Positions 12,926-26,700 of a stretch of DNA of 64,000 nucleotides are shown here, one piece after another. Where the stretch lies: NCBI RefSeq assembly GCF_006345805.1, contig NC_042998.1:111972001-112036000 (forward strand), read 5' to 3'. Numbering within the stretch: the first letter of the stretch is position 1; every line of letters begins with the position of its first letter. Below the pieces are notes generated by a model, which saw only the letters and a program-made list of their open reading frames with translations, was not told the origin of the DNA and ran no database searches. This stretch comes from Octopus sinensis (Eukaryota). Both the position numbers and the translations under genes were made by a program.

Positions 12926-13013
12926 CTTCCCTGATGAGAAGATTGCATTGTTTTACACTATTTTATTCCTTCTGGGATAATACCAATGTTTTCTTCGAAA
13001 CATATGCCGGAAG
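12926..13013 (+). ncRNA. Type-I hammerhead ribozyme motif with long stem II; U16.1->C substitution
   Basis: CTTCC-CTGATGA-GAAGA..CATTG....CAATG..TCTTC-GAA-AC-ATAT-GC-C-GGAAG. Stem I is 5 bp and G10.1-C11.1 is canonical. The triplet reads GCC instead of GUC. Confidence 0.75.
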
Positions 13014-13063
13014 TAAAAAGATTTGCATAACACCTGCGTTTAACTCCATTTATTTATTTATCT

Positions 13064-13155
<92 letters not shown>

Positions 13156-13398
13156 ATATGTGTGTGTGTGTGTGGTATGTATGTATGTATGTATGTATGT
13201 ATGCATGCATGTATGCATAAATATATATATATATACACACACACATAAATAAATATATATATATAAGTTCAGTAAAAATTTAGATTCAGTTGAATATGGT
13301 ACTTAAGTTAAAGGCACCAGAATTTGGTATGGTATTATCCATATAATTCAAAATGGGGTGATTATAATCAAAATAAGCAACAAGGATATCCAAAGATA

Positions 13399-13488
13399 AT
13401 GCAGTATAATCGTTTCGTGCGACTCCATTTAATTAAACAATGCAGGTATAACATCAGTTTTAAAATGTAGAGTAATCTTCAGCTGCAT
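13399..13488 (-). ncRNA. Type-I hammerhead ribozyme motif, decayed
   Basis: ATGCAG-CTGAAGA-TTACTC TACATTT...AAATG GAGT CGCAC-GAA-ACGATTAT-A-CTGCAT. Stem I is a perfect 6 bp. Stem III looks like a CpG-decayed ACGATCGT. Confidence 0.65.
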
Positions 13489-13552
13489 ATACAATTTAGT
13501 TAAAGTGAAAAGATTGAAAAGATTCATTTTTATACTTATTCCATTTACCAAC

Positions 13553-13608
<56 letters not shown>

Positions 13609-13983
13609 TGTGGTGTGTGTGTGTGTAAGTATATGCATGTATGCTTGCATTTATGTGTATATATTTGTTTGTGTTTATAAATTTGTAGTCTGATATATGG
13701 TTTCATAGAATCATGTGGCTTTCAGAGGAAGCTCCTCTAATGGACTCGGCTAACAGACTACTGAGAAATCCAATAAGATTACGCAAGGGTATAAGGCAGA
13801 GTCCCATGCAGCTAAATTTCAGATCTGATGTATGAAATTTTTTCATGAAGAAAATTAACCATAAAAGTGAGAAGGTAAGATAGTAATTAAATTATTTAAC
13901 CACATGACATCCTTGGGATAAAGGCTGTTTCATAATCTCCATGTTTTACAATAATTATTATCATTATTTTTATTATTATTATT

Positions 13984-14477
13984 CAGTAGTCTTATTCTTA
14001 TCATGTGCTTTCACTGCACTACTGAGCGGAACTCTGTGTGCCTTGGGTATGTGCTGTGGTTTGTTGTGATGCTCTTACTTTTACTCTATTGAAAGCGTTT
14101 TATGTAGGATGTGTGCAGTGCCTAGTAGTGCTATTTTCTGTATGTTATATATACTTATTAGTCCTGGTGTTTTGTTATGTATTTATCTAAATATTTTTTT
14201 GTCATACCTAATGCGCCTACTATGAGATGAATTGTTTCTGCTTTTAGACTCCATATTCGAATTACCTCTATTTCCAAATCTTTGTATTTTGAAAGTTTTT
14301 CTGTTTCTATTAGAGAAACATTGTCATCGATTAGAAAACATTTTCCTTGGTGATCTCTGACAAATATATCCGGCCTATTGGCCTTAATTTCTGTGTGTAT
14401 TGACATATCCTAGAGTATGGTTGCTTTCTCATATTCTGTGACCTTTTTTGGCATGTGCCTAGCTCATCTGTTTTCTG
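13984..14477 (-). mobile_element. R4/Dong-type non-LTR retrotransposon 3' fragment (copy A)
   Basis: ANRPDI..CFLID..EKLSKYKDLEIEV..IVGALG (restriction-like endonuclease domain), flanked by (TTA)n. Confidence 0.85.
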
Positions 14478-14501
14478 TTATTATTATTATCATTATTATT
14501 A

Positions 14502-14608
<107 letters not shown>

Positions 14609-14662
14609 TATTATTATTATTATTATCATTATTATTATTATTATATTATATCATTATTATTA

Positions 14663-14696
<34 letters not shown>

Positions 14697-14699
<3 letters not shown>

Positions 14700-16947
14700 T
14701 AGTATATTTTTATAGCGTGCTTTCACTTCACTACCGAGCGCAGCTCTGTGTGCCTTAGGTATGTGCTGTGATTTGTTGTGATGCTCTGATGGTTACTGTA
14801 TGGAAAGTGTTCTGCGTAGGATGTGTGCAGTGCCTAGTAGTGCAATTTTCTGTATGTTATATGTGTTTGTAAGTCCTGTTGTTTTTGTTATGTATTTGTC
14901 TGAATATTTTTTTGTCATGCCTAATGCACCTATTATGATAGGAATTGTTTCTGTTTTTAGATTCCACATTCTGGTTACCTCTATTTCCAGGTCTTTGTAT
15001 TTTGAAAGTTTCTCCGTTTCTTTTAGAGACACGTTGTCATCTGCTGGTATTGATACATCAATTAGAAAGCATTTTTTTCTTCATGATCTCTGACAACTAT
15101 ACCTCATCTGTTGGCCTTAATTTCTCTATCTGTGTGTATTGGCATATCCCAGAGTATGGTTGCTTTCTCGTTTTCTGTGACTTTTTCTTTGTCTATTTCT
15201 TTTGCATTTAGTTTAGTGCAGTATTTACCATGAAGGGGCTTTTCTTGCCATCGTTTTATCATGGTTCGTTGCTGTTCTATTTTTAGTTAGGATTTCATTT
15301 GTTTCCTTAAATACTGAGAACAGTTTTTTGTTTTGCTAGTGTTTTGCCGCTATTTGTATAAGTTTTCCTTCCTTCTGAAGTAGATATTTTTGCAGTCCTA
15401 TGGTGGTTATTTTATAATAGTTTTCCAGCTGTATAAGGCCTCTACCACCATCTATACATTGTATATATAGCCTTTCTAGTCAGATTTTGGGTGATGCATC
15501 CTAGATCCTGTCATTATTTTTCTTGTTTTCCTATCTATTTTGGTCAGTTCATTTAGTGTCCAGTTAAGGATATTGTAGCTGTAACTTATAACTGGGACGG
15601 CTAAAGTGTTGATACCTATTATCTTGTTTTTAGCATTGAACTCTGTTTTCAGTATTGATCTAACTCGCCTATAATATTCTTTTTTTATTTTCTCTTTCAT
15701 TTGTGTGTGTTGTGGCTAATCTAGTTCATGGATTCCTAAGTATTTGTAAGTCTGGCTTTGGTTTAATTCTCTTATTTCATTGGTTTTATCTAGTGTGATG
15801 TTGCTACTCTTAATTAGTTTTCCTCTTTTCAGGGTTACTTTGGCGCATTTCTCCAATCCAAATTTCATATCTATTTCTTTGGTAAATCCATGAACTGTCT
15901 TTAGTAGTGTTTCCAGCTGTTTGTCATTTGTGGCGTATGGTTTTAGGTCATCCATATATATAAAGTGGCTGATCGTTTTGCCGTAACATTTATATCCGCA
16001 TCCAGTTCTGTTTAGCATATCCGATAGAGGTGACAGTGCCAAGCAGAAAAGGAGTGGAGAGAGCGTGTCTCCCTGGAATATTCCTCTTCTTTTGGGGATG
16101 TCTTTGGTTTTCACAAGTCCCTCTTTTGTTTGGAGCTGTAGCACTGTCTGCCATTTATTCATAGAGTGTCCTATGTATTTTATAATTGTTGGTGCAACAA
16201 TATTAATGGCTAGGGTTTGAGGATCCATGTGTGGGGGATGCTATCAAACGCCTTTTTGTAGTCGATCCAGGCCATACTGAGGCCTTTCTTCTTTCTGTGG
16301 CTGTCTTCAGTTATGGCTTTATTGATCATTAATTGATCTTTACAGCCATATGAGCATTTGCGGCATCCTTTCTGCTCTTCTGAAAACAGGTTGTTTTCGT
16401 CCAGGTGCTTGTTCAATCTTTGTGATATTACTGCAGTAAATGCTTTGTACATTGTAGGGAGACAGGTTATAGGCCTGTAGTTTTCTGGTTTTGCTGTCTC
16501 ATTTGATTTGGGAATTAAGATGGTTTTTTTCCCCTTCGTGAGCCATTCAAGCATTGTCTCTGGCTCTGCCAGTATGTTGTTAAAGTTTTCAGCCAGCTTT
16601 TTGTGCATTCCTGCTAGATATTTCAACTAGAAGTTGGGGATCTTGTCATGCCTTGGTGCCTTCCAGTTGCTTAGTCTTTGCAGTGCCTGGGTGACCTCTT
16701 TAGTTGTTATGGTGGTCCAAAGTTGCTCAGATGCTGAGTTTGTTGTTTTAATACTCCTTTCTTTTGGTTGTTCGTTCGCCGACCATATTTCTCTCCAGAA
16801 TTCTTCCACTTCTTCTGCCGTTAGTGCTGCAGTGATTTCTATTTTATTTTTGCCAAGTTTTTGGTAGAACTTTTTGGGGTTGGAGTTGAACTGTTTGTTA
16901 TGTTCAAAAAAACGTTGGCGTTTCTCGTACCGGAGGATCCTTTGTGC
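14697..16947 (-). mobile_element. R4/Dong-type non-LTR retrotransposon (RT plus RLE endonuclease), 5'-truncated and frameshifted (copy B)
   Basis: NWKAP..DKIPNF, NYRPITCLPTMYK, EQKGC, AWIDYKKAFDSIPH, GIFQGDTLSPLLFCLAL, YMDDLK, KYLG, EKLSKYKDL..IQKIALLGTAHILRRTL. Both ends abut (TAA)n. Confidence 0.93.
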
Positions 16948-17004
<57 letters not shown>

Positions 17005-17059
17005 TATTATTATTATTATTATCATTATTATTATTATTATTAATATTATTATTATTATT

Positions 17060-17452
17060 CCTTCGTAATACAGTGTAATTAAAAATGTACCGGAGTCTTT
17101 TGTCATCTGTCAAGTCACAACAAGGACCTGAGACAAATAACACTTTCCTTAAGATGTGCGCTGTGTCCAATAAGGCTGCTTTTTGCAAGACGTCAATCTT
17201 GCATAGGATTTCCAGCTGCCTTAAGAAGTTTTGAAATTTCAATGGCTCCGATCACCACTTTATCGTGGCGGCGCTTGTATTTTTTTTATGCAAGGCTCTC
17301 ACATCCCCTTACCAAGTGGGTCACATTTTCCACACTCTTTTCAAAGAGACTGTATTTTTGTGTGTCAGAAGTTTTATAGATGTTATACTTCACTGAATTG
17401 ATAGCAAGAGCCTGGTCTTATGCAGCAATGATCAGGCTTTCGGTGGTACGCC
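17060..17452 (-). mobile_element. R4/Dong-type 3' fragment, divergent subfamily (copy C)
   Basis: C-terminus LQKAALLDTAHILRKVL; lies between two (TTA)n arrays. Confidence 0.75.
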
Positions 17453-17463
17453 TATTATTATTA

Positions 17464-17600
<137 letters not shown>

Positions 17601-17724
17601 GCATGAAGAATGTTGTGAAACTTCTTTTACAGATACATACAAACATAAATACAGATGTTATACTACTGACTTCGCAGTTTATATTGCTGATCATGTAACT
17701 GAAGATCAGATATACAGATACATA

Positions 17725-18936
17725 CAGGGTGTTCTTCCCATCAAAAAAATTATACACACATTGAATGATTATAGAAGCAGAGTTTGCATTTATTAAATAA
17801 TTTCATTTTCAAAATTTTTATAGAACCTAAAGACAGAATTTATTTTTTTTTTGTATGAATGTCCATTTTCAAACTGCTGAGCCATCTGCTTCACACATTG
17901 TTGATAAGGTGAAGCATTGGAAATATAAGCATCAGGAAACATTTAGTTCGGTATTTGTGCTCATTCTCGTTCAATGACAGCTCTTAATTCGCCATCCATT
18001 TCTCTTGTAAGTTTCACCATAAAACGTTTAGTGGTACAAGGTTCGATTAATGCAGTAGGTATTCTACTGAACCTCTTCATCCAAGCCACCAACCTGGTAA
18101 AATTTCCCCGAGGTAGATTCTTGTATTATTAGGGTATTGTTGAAGTGTCCTGCCTTGCAGTAAGTTAAACTCTACATCTTTGAAGTCCTCTTGAATGCTT
18201 TGTATGCCAGATTGCCGTAGCAAGTTCGAGTACACGGGACTAATCACAGTAGCCTTAAAAAGAATGGTCCAATTAATCCTTTTGAAGATAAGTTAATACA
18301 ATTGTCCCTGTAATATGAGTGTTCTCAGATCCCCATAGATATAGCTGGGGCGGTTAACTAAGCCATTTATTTTAAATATAATTTCATCACTCCAAACGAC
18401 ATTTGTTGAAAAGCGCACATTTTCTATACATCTTGACAAGTACCATTTGCAAAACTCCAATCTTCGGTCCGCATCATTTACATTAAAAGCATGGACTATT
18501 CTTGAAATATATATTTTTACGATTACAGTGTTTCAAAATACGATGGGTGCTTGATTTTGAAATTCCTATCTCAAGACTCGCCTGTCATACAGATTTTATG
18601 AATTCTGACAACACATTTATTGTACTCATTTTTCTGTTTTTGGGAGCCCCGCGGTCTTCCGGTACATTTCTTTTGGATATTCTGAATTGTTCCATTTGTT
18701 TTATACTGATCTTTAAATTGTGTGATAATAAGTTTCGTTGGTGGATCTGTTTCAACACCCTTATAAACTGTCTTTGCTCTTTAACTGAGTTTTCAAACTT
18801 CTAGTTACACTTTATGATAAATTTCCTTCGTTCAAAGTTTATACTCTTCCTTCATTATTTGTAATGGGTTAAATCTAAAAAGAAATGTAAATTAAGTTAT
18901 CTGCTATTTAAGTGTATGCACTTTTGGAACACCCTG
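17725..18936 (-). mobile_element. Tc1/mariner-superfamily DNA transposon (~1.2 kb) with decayed transposase
   Basis: TA|CAGGGTGTTC ... GAACACCCTG|TA termini. Minus-strand fragments DRRLEFCKW, VVWSDEIIFKINGLVNR and LPGWWLG*RGS..SNLVPL (WIGRRG..SPDLTP-like). Confidence 0.85.
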
Positions 18937-19379
18937 TATAAATTCCCCGCTCACTTGGAAAATTAAATTTTTCTATGGCTTCAAGACATTGTTAATGAAA
19001 AAGTACTTCAAGGTTGTAATAAATGGTTAATAGTAAAAACAGGTCACTATTGAAAGACATGAAACCTGTAATAAAAATAAAATTGGTAAAATTTCTCAAA
19101 TAAACGAAATTTTAAATATTGTTTTAAATAATTTTTTTATTACAAAATTTATTTCTTTGAATGTTTTAAAATTGATACGTTGTAATGAAAATATTTGCAC
19201 AAAAATTTGTGATAATAAACATTGAAAGAAATTTTGTTAAAGGTGATTTGTAATAAACTCAATAAAAGTCTCAGTGTCTGTTAATTACACATTTTGTGGC
19301 TTCAATAAAACAAGCAGTTATAATCATACATTTTTTTCTGATATAACACATAAAAAAAACTTTACTGACATCCTGAAAA

Positions 19380-21150
19380 TTAATAATTTCTAAATAACAA
19401 TCGCTTTTTGAGCACAAAACTAAATTCCTGTAACAAGAACCAAAAAAAAAATCAAGAAGTAATAAGCATTATATTACCATTTTACAGAATTTATTCAGTA
19501 AAATCCGTGTGGCTTACGCAGTTTCACAATTTTGCAATATCAAAATCCATAGTTGTTAGACAGAAACGAATATCACTTGAGCTTACAATTTTTCAGCGAA
19601 TGCGAGCTTTTGATGGTAGAAATCACATTCGGCTAAAACCTGACTCAACTAGGTAAGATTTAGGAAAGACAATGAAATATAATTTTACTTCCTGCCAGCA
19701 CAATGGGAATTTCATAGCAATTTTACTACTCATCCGTCATTATTGATTAAAGTTGGTTCGAGCAGTTTGATTACTCGGTCGCTTAACATGGCTTTCATAT
19801 AGTGTGCTGTCTAAAATCAGAAGCATTTTATCCCAGGAGTCTTTACCACTCAGCTTAGAATGTTCATTTCCAGGACATCTTTGAATCTAATTTCCATATC
19901 ACTGAGTAATTTCTTCAAGTGCTAAGTGTTCACTAACATATCATCCTCTTGCAGTTCCTCCTCAATAGTGGCAAGGAAAGCATTAGTTGCCTTTTTGAAA
20001 ATGAAAGTAATTGTATTTTTACCTAGTAATTGCTGGTTCAGAAAATTTATCTGAGAGGTAGAATATGTCACATTTGGTAACTAGAATTTCTTCTCCAAAC
20101 TACTTACCATTCAGAAACATTACAACACTCTCCTAATGTTCAACGAAGCGACGCAGGCAATTACCCTTAGAGATTGGTACTGGATGTATAGACTTCAAAG
20201 CAGTAACATAATATTTAATCCACACAGGACTTTCTAATGCCAACTTGGTACATTATTCATCAATGATAAATATTCATTTTCTGTCATAATGGAAATTAAG
20301 ATATAGAAATTGTGTTGTATGTATGTGTGTGAGTAAATTTTAATGAATCACAGACATAACAGACTTTTAGGAAGAAAGAGATTTGGAGTTGTGTGAGCCA
20401 CTTCATTGAGCCTGTAGCCCATATTTTACTGTCGCGCGACTGAACTTTGCCATGGCCCCTGGTTGGGGAAACATTGCTTTTTTTGGCTGCTCAGCAAACA
20501 CTTCCTCTTGTATGCTAGGATATTGTATAGCTGTCTAAAGTGCTAGAAACCTGAGTATTACCCCATTTTCCAGAAAAAACTTTTGTCGATAACTGCCCGA
20601 CCACTGAAAAAAGATTTTTATATGCATGATATCACACATTTATCTAATCTGTTGCAAATTTTTTTTAAAAAGTGTTTTTCTTTGACTTTAAATATTGATA
20701 CTAAAACATTTGTCTTTAATGAGATATACTACCCCCAGTTGTGGCAGTTGTTCATTTTCGTCTATCGTACTGTTCACTTGATGCTGATATATAGCTGTAG
20801 TACTGTGTTATTTTCAATGTTCTAATTCGTTCATATACATTATTCTGCGTTGAATTTATGAACCTGCTGTGACTTACCAAAGGAAATATTTTTATTAACG
20901 TAATTAAACGGGCCGTGTCTTAGGAAACGCCTGTTCCTTTCACTATTCTTTATATCACTGATGGAAAACATTCATGTCATTCTATACTAAACGTTTATAA
21001 TAAATAAATAAATATATTAAAGTAATTAAAAAACAAGCTGTTTCCATAAACTTGTATGATCATAGGTTCATTTTTTTTTATTTGCCTTGGTCCGCAAAAC
21101 ATAAAAATGTTTCTAATTCCACCTACCCTCTAAAAAAGTGTGCCGACCCG
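19380..21150 (-). mobile_element. Decayed hAT (Buster/Charlie-like) transposon remnants
   Basis: Near 19490-19550 the minus strand reads FDIAKL*NCVSH / KLRKPHGFY, resembling the PDIxKL..Q.H.SH C-terminus. hAT-like terminal motifs at about 20460 (GGTTGGGGAAACATTG) and 21140 (AAAAAAGTGTGCCGACCC). Confidence 0.35.
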
Positions 21151-21403
21151 GATTTTAGCAGATAAAAATTCATCACTTGCGGATCTAAAATTGTTTAACG
21201 CTTAACTACAATGCGCCACAATCGCAATTATATTTGGAAGATGACACTGTGAAGTACTAGATATAACGATAGATTTAAGAAACTTATTGTGCTAAACTGA
21301 GCAACCACATACATACACAACACACACACACACACACACACATCACAGTCATGCACACTCCTTTACACATGCAAACACGGGCACATATAGACGAATATAC
21401 ATC

Positions 21404-21446
<43 letters not shown>

Positions 21447-21953
21447 CAAAGGCAGAAGCAGACAGACTGACAGACAGAAGTTGTCGCTCCATTTGTGACT
21501 AGGAAAACCAAAAACTGACCAAAGTGTAAGCAGCGGTTGAGCAGAATTTTAGGTCCTATAAGGTTTTCCAACAAGAGATAGACCTTCACTCCACAGGTAT
21601 TATACAGAGATAAACCATATGACACAGAGACACGAGCGTCAATAAAGATGACAGATTCCAAAGTGTGAGAGTGTCATCGACAACTGCAGGTGACGGAAGT
21701 CTCATTCTATATACCACGGATTTATATCAGATACCCAAGATGTATCCATTAACGAGAGTTAAGGGATGTATCTATCCCTATGGGTTTTCTGTATGCCGGG
21801 CACCAACCCTGAATTATTAACTCTCTGCCAGATATATACAAACACTCACTCTCTCTCGGACACACAAACATACTCATACACGCACACATAAATATATGTA
21901 TGTCTATGTAAGTGGATTTGGCTCGTGGACATGTATGCATGTATGTATGTATG

Positions 21954-22006
<53 letters not shown>

Positions 22007-22041
22007 TGTGTGTGGTGTGTGTGTGTGTGTGTGTGTGTGTG

Positions 22042-22315
22042 TGGAGGCGCAATGGCCCAGTTGTTAGGGCAGCGGACTCGCGGTTTCGATTCCCAGACCG
22101 GGCGTTGTGAGTATTTATTGAGTGAAAACACCTAAAGCACCACGAGGCTCCGGCAGTGGGGTGGTGGCGATCCCTGCCGTAATCTTTCGCCACAACTTTC
22201 TCTCACTCTTTCTTCTGCTGGCCTGCTCGCTTAGCCAGCGGGGTGGCGTCATTTAAAGGCGAAGCACATTGTGGCCAGCGATGTGTAGCAACATCTGATA
22301 GCCTGGTCGGTCACT
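22042..22315 (+). mobile_element. tRNA-derived SINE with distinct tail
   Basis: GGAGGCGCAATGGCCCAGTTGTTAGG (A box), GGTTTCGATTCCC (B box). The 3' part recurs inverted at 45053-45168. Confidence 0.8.
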
Positions 22316-22324
22316 GCGGCGGCG

Positions 22325-22361
<37 letters not shown>

Positions 22362-22378
22362 ATATATATAATATATAT

Positions 22379-22425
<47 letters not shown>

Positions 22426-22488
22426 ATGTATGTATGTATGAATGTATGTATGTATGTAGGTAGGCAGGTAGGTAGGTAGGTAGGTATG

Positions 22489-22525
<37 letters not shown>

Positions 22526-22940
22526 AGTGGGAGAGAGATTTTAAAAGCAAGCTGCTATTAATTTCCGACCATTGTATTTTCCGAAACATGAAACTAATAA
22601 TTGCTCGCTTTTAAATCCTCTGTATATCAAGCGATATTTATTTCTCACTGGATGCAGTGCTTTTTTTAGTGATCCCACAAATAACGGTGCGGATTACTAT
22701 ATACGTATAGATACATACATACATACATACATACATACATACATACATACATACATACATACATACACTCATACAGATATACATTCATTCATTCATACAT
22801 AAATACATACATATATACATACACACACACATATATATATATACACACATGTACACATACACACTCGCACACATATAAATACACGCATATTCACATGCCT
22901 GTATGAATGTATATTTATGTCTGTGTATATATACATACTT

Positions 22941-23029
<89 letters not shown>

Positions 23030-23339
23030 CAGAAAGAGGGGGAAAGAGAGATGAAATTTATTGAAAACTGAAATTTTAAAGCCGTTATTCTTTCATTCCG
23101 TTTGCCGATCTTCGAACGATTGCAGAGAATGGGACATTTATAAAGAGCACAGAGAAAAAAAAAATTAAATATCAAACAAGCACTTATTCTTTAACGATGG
23201 ATAACAAAGGAATATATTGGTTAACGGTGTAACGTATTGATCTTCGTTTGAAAAACTGGAAAATGGATAAAACCTTCAACACAAGCGTAGTTGTAGTTGT
23301 GTTCTGAAAATAGATTCTACAAGGAATTAATACTTACAT

Positions 23340-23660
<321 letters not shown>

Positions 23661-23849
23661 CATGTGTGTATGCATGTAGGTATGTATGCATATGTTCGCT
23701 TAAACGTGCATTCAAATGTGTGCATGTGTTCGCTCGTGCTCTTGGGAGTTTTTCTATTTTGTCTCGTCCTTGTTCTCTATTCATGTTACTGCCTACGTAT
23801 ATGCTTAACTCGAAACTGTTTTTATACATTTGTATATAAAGTGTATTTG

Positions 23850-24311
23850 ACGAAAGATTTATTTCCCAACCACATGGTTCCATGTTCAGTCGCACACCAT
23901 GGCATCTTGGTCAAATTTCTACTACATTGGCCTCGGTTTGACCAGAGCCTTGTAAGTGGATTTGGTAGACGAAAGCCGAAAGAAGCCCGCCGTATTGGGG
24001 TTAGGGTTAGGGGTGGGGAGAAGGATATCTCTTTTCTCATAAATAACAGTGACAAACTGACTGGACACCGCAGAATGTTGTTGACAAACTACGGCAGAAA
24101 TTGTATTCACCTCAATAGACGTCATTGATTGGTTAAAATTGCCGAAAGGCAAGAAATCAAACAAGAAATAGCTTACAAACTATATAATTTTCTCAAGAAA
24201 GCCAAGAGAAAAAGATGTTTTATGTAACACATTCTACCAGTATACGAAGTTTAAAGCGCTTAGTTACAAAGAAGTTATTTTAAAAATCTGCCGGTCAAAG
24301 TGAAAAGATCC
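23850..24311 (+). mobile_element. CORE-type SINE 5' part followed by the right arm of a GGATC-ended non-autonomous DNA element
   Basis: SINE ..GTGGATTTGGTAGACGAAAGCCGAAAGAAGCCCG.. runs to 23994. It is followed by a segment ending AAAAGATCC that shares ATTGGTT and TTCTACCAGTAT..GAAGTTT with the element at 59425-60185. Confidence 0.55.
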
Positions 24312-24379
24312 GATATATCGGTAATAATCAAGAAATTTTTAAAGTATACAGACCAGCAGACGACAGGTTGAAAGTAAAG

Positions 24380-24880
24380 GTTTAGTAAGGGGTGGTGAAA
24401 ACAAATAAAATTTAATACAGAAATGTAAAAGAATATACGAAATATAAAGGGTGGGATTGTTTATTAGGAACAGATTAATAGTTTCAGCAAAGAAACGATA
24501 ACTTATCATTCAGGGTGTCTAATAAATAGATTATCCTCAATAATGATTCATTTTACTAAAGAAAGTTAATGTGTTATATGGAAGTTATGTGGAAAATTTT
24601 TTACTTCTCCATAAAAATATTCACATAAATTCACATAAATTCCATACGTCATTAAGTTTCTTAAGTACAAAACATTGTTGATGTCAATCCATTCACGATG
24701 CACCCTGAATTACGTCAAGGTACCGTTCTTTTCAAAGCCGAATATTGACCTATATCCAATGAACATTCCCATCCTTTTTACTATTATGTTTTTAAATATA
24801 TTTTTACCTTTTATATTTATTCTCTATGCTCTATACCTAATCTTTTCTTTCGCGTATCCGTCTACTGAACCGTTTACTTA
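24380..24880. repeat. Diverged inverted repeat, probably an old PLE 3' region with inversion
   Basis: Reverse complement of about 24447-24545 (CATTATTGAGGATAATCTATTTATTAGACACCCTGAAT; ACAATCCCACCCTTT) matches about 24674-24780 (CATTGTTGATGTCAATCCATTCACGATGCACCCTGAAT; ACATTCCCATCCTTT). Confidence 0.55.
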
Positions 24881-25395
24881 ATATAATTTTATTCCTTAAA
24901 CATTTATATAGATTGCTACCTCGAATAAAATAAAAATTCCTTTTATTGTAATTTCTATAACAAATTGTAAATCTCATTTAATACCCCTAAATCCTGTGTA
25001 CCTCTGCTCACCTCACTTCGTCCTTTAGCCTTAGCTAGCGAATCCTAAACCCCGACCCTATGCCTCATTGGCTTGTACGCTTTATTTTTATTTACCCTTA
25101 CTTTTGCTTTATTTATTCTTTATTTTTTTATCCTTAATTTATATTATAGCCTTCCCACTGTTCTAAGCCTCCAATAATAAAATATTACCTACACCCCACT
25201 CCAGCATAAGTACCGGCCGAATGATATTCTTGCAGTGTATGTATACGATTAGACCCAGCTAAGTGAAAAAAATCCATTCTTGAACTATTCAGACACGTAC
25301 ATTATATTAAATATACGGTCCATAATATTTACGAAGGGTAGATTCCGAGACAGGTGAATAAAATATAAATGAGTTACAGTTGAGGTACAGGTGCC

Positions 25396-25484
25396 AATCC
25401 ATTACGGCCGTTTCTAACGACTCCTTTAATTGATTAATGAAAACATTACACTATTCTAAAGAAACCGTTTTCGTCAGATGAATT
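25396..25484 (-). ncRNA. Type-I hammerhead ribozyme, apparently intact
   Basis: AATTCAT-CTGACGA-A-AACGGTTTCTTTA-(loop)-TAAAGGAGTCGTT-A-GAA-ACGGCCGT-A-ATGGATT. 7-bp stem I, 13-bp stem II, palindromic stem III ACGGCCGT, GUA triplet. Confidence 0.85.
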
Positions 25485-25642
25485 CATGAACTTCAAAATA
25501 AAGTTCAATCGAATTGATTTAATATAGTTTAAAATCTACGGATCAAAACCATTTACAGTGATTCTGCAACTATTTCAGTTGACAGAATTGGATATTAAAC
25601 TATGTTAAATCATTTCGAGTGTCCTTTATTTTGAAGTTCATG

Positions 25643-25731
25643 AATTCATCTGACGAAAACGGTTTCTTTACACTGATGTAATATTTTCATTAATCAAATA
25701 AAGGAATCGTTAGAAACAGCCGTAATGTATT
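25643..25731 (+). ncRNA. Type-I hammerhead ribozyme (partner arm of the fold-back)
   Basis: AATTCAT-CTGACGA-A-AACGGTTTCTTTA...TAAAGGAATCGTT-A-GAA-ACAGCCGT-A-ATGTATT. One stem I mismatch; the stem III palindrome is broken by G->A. Confidence 0.75.
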
Positions 25732-25869
25732 GACACCTGTACCTCTACTGTTACTCATATTTTACACACGCACACACGTGTGTATGTATATATCTATATA
25801 TAAGTGTAGTACCTGTCATAAGTATTGCTTATTTGAGTACAGAGTATATCATTGAAACGCAACTTATAA

Positions 25870-26700
25870 ATGAGAAGATTTAATGTAGCAATTCCTTGAT
25901 TACATCTTTTATAATGAGACCTGATTTCCTTGTGCTTTCATTTGCCCTCCTAAGCAAGACCGCTAATTTCCTGATTCTCATTGGACCGACATGCAACTAC
26001 CCATTGATGAACTTGCCTATGGAAGAAATGAAATATTCCTACCGCTCCCGTGGAATATTTTATTATTCCAGTCATAAAATTATTGACCCTACAATTGATT
26101 TGCAATCATTGAAACTGTTAGAATATCCGATAATTGTTTCCTTTTTGTAAAGAGACAAATGCATTTATTTACTGATCAATGCATTCTTTGTTTTTGTTCT
26201 TGCGAATGTGTATGCGTCCAAATAAAGTCCGTAAAGTGATAAGATGACCACACAGCTACTATTTAAATGTCCAACCCCTAAATTCAAAAGTCAAGGACGT
26301 ATTATTATGTAGTCTTTACTCCATTTCTGGGTAGGGGGTCATCTTGATAAAGATTGTTCAATCAAGAACACGATAGGGAATTTATTGTCGAATCCTCATA
26401 ATTATGCGTGAGCACTTCTGTATTTTGGAATGCGATTTGTAATACGATTATTAGTGTATTTTAGTTAATAGTTGTTTGGATTATCTTGATCGAAATTTCA
26501 TGTATTGATTCTTCACTTATAATATCTATAGATTTAGCATATATTTCAGATAGTCACGGGCGAGATGTTCTGCTTGACGGAATGCAGTTCTTATTCCCTT
26601 TAAACAAAAGTCCTTGCGCTTCTTCCGATGACTAGATGTCCTCCTGGAGAAATATATGAATGACGGATGAATTATTCGTATATTTCTCCGATTGCATATC
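25870..26700 (-). pseudogene. Decayed piggyBac-like transposase remnant
   Basis: With frameshifts the minus strand gives LARDYLKYMLNL (MSRDRF..I..L-like), MTPYP.RNGVK.YIIIRP (MIPYKGR..KQYI.KP-like) and GWTFK..LCG. Confidence 0.4.

Larger units (their letters stand above)
25369..25759. repeat. ~390-bp fold-back with ~160-bp arms, each carrying a hammerhead motif
   Basis: 25369-25531 is the reverse complement of 25595-25759 with scattered substitutions. Confidence 0.9.

Noticed and set aside
22042-22105. tRNA genes at A/B-box motifs (also 1-60, 32413, 47705, 57690-57745)
   Set aside because: No complete cloverleaf, and each continues into a SINE body.
23996-24018. Interstitial telomeric repeat GGGTTAGGGTTAGGG
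   Set aside because: Only about 2 units, at the edge of a repeat fragment; not significant.
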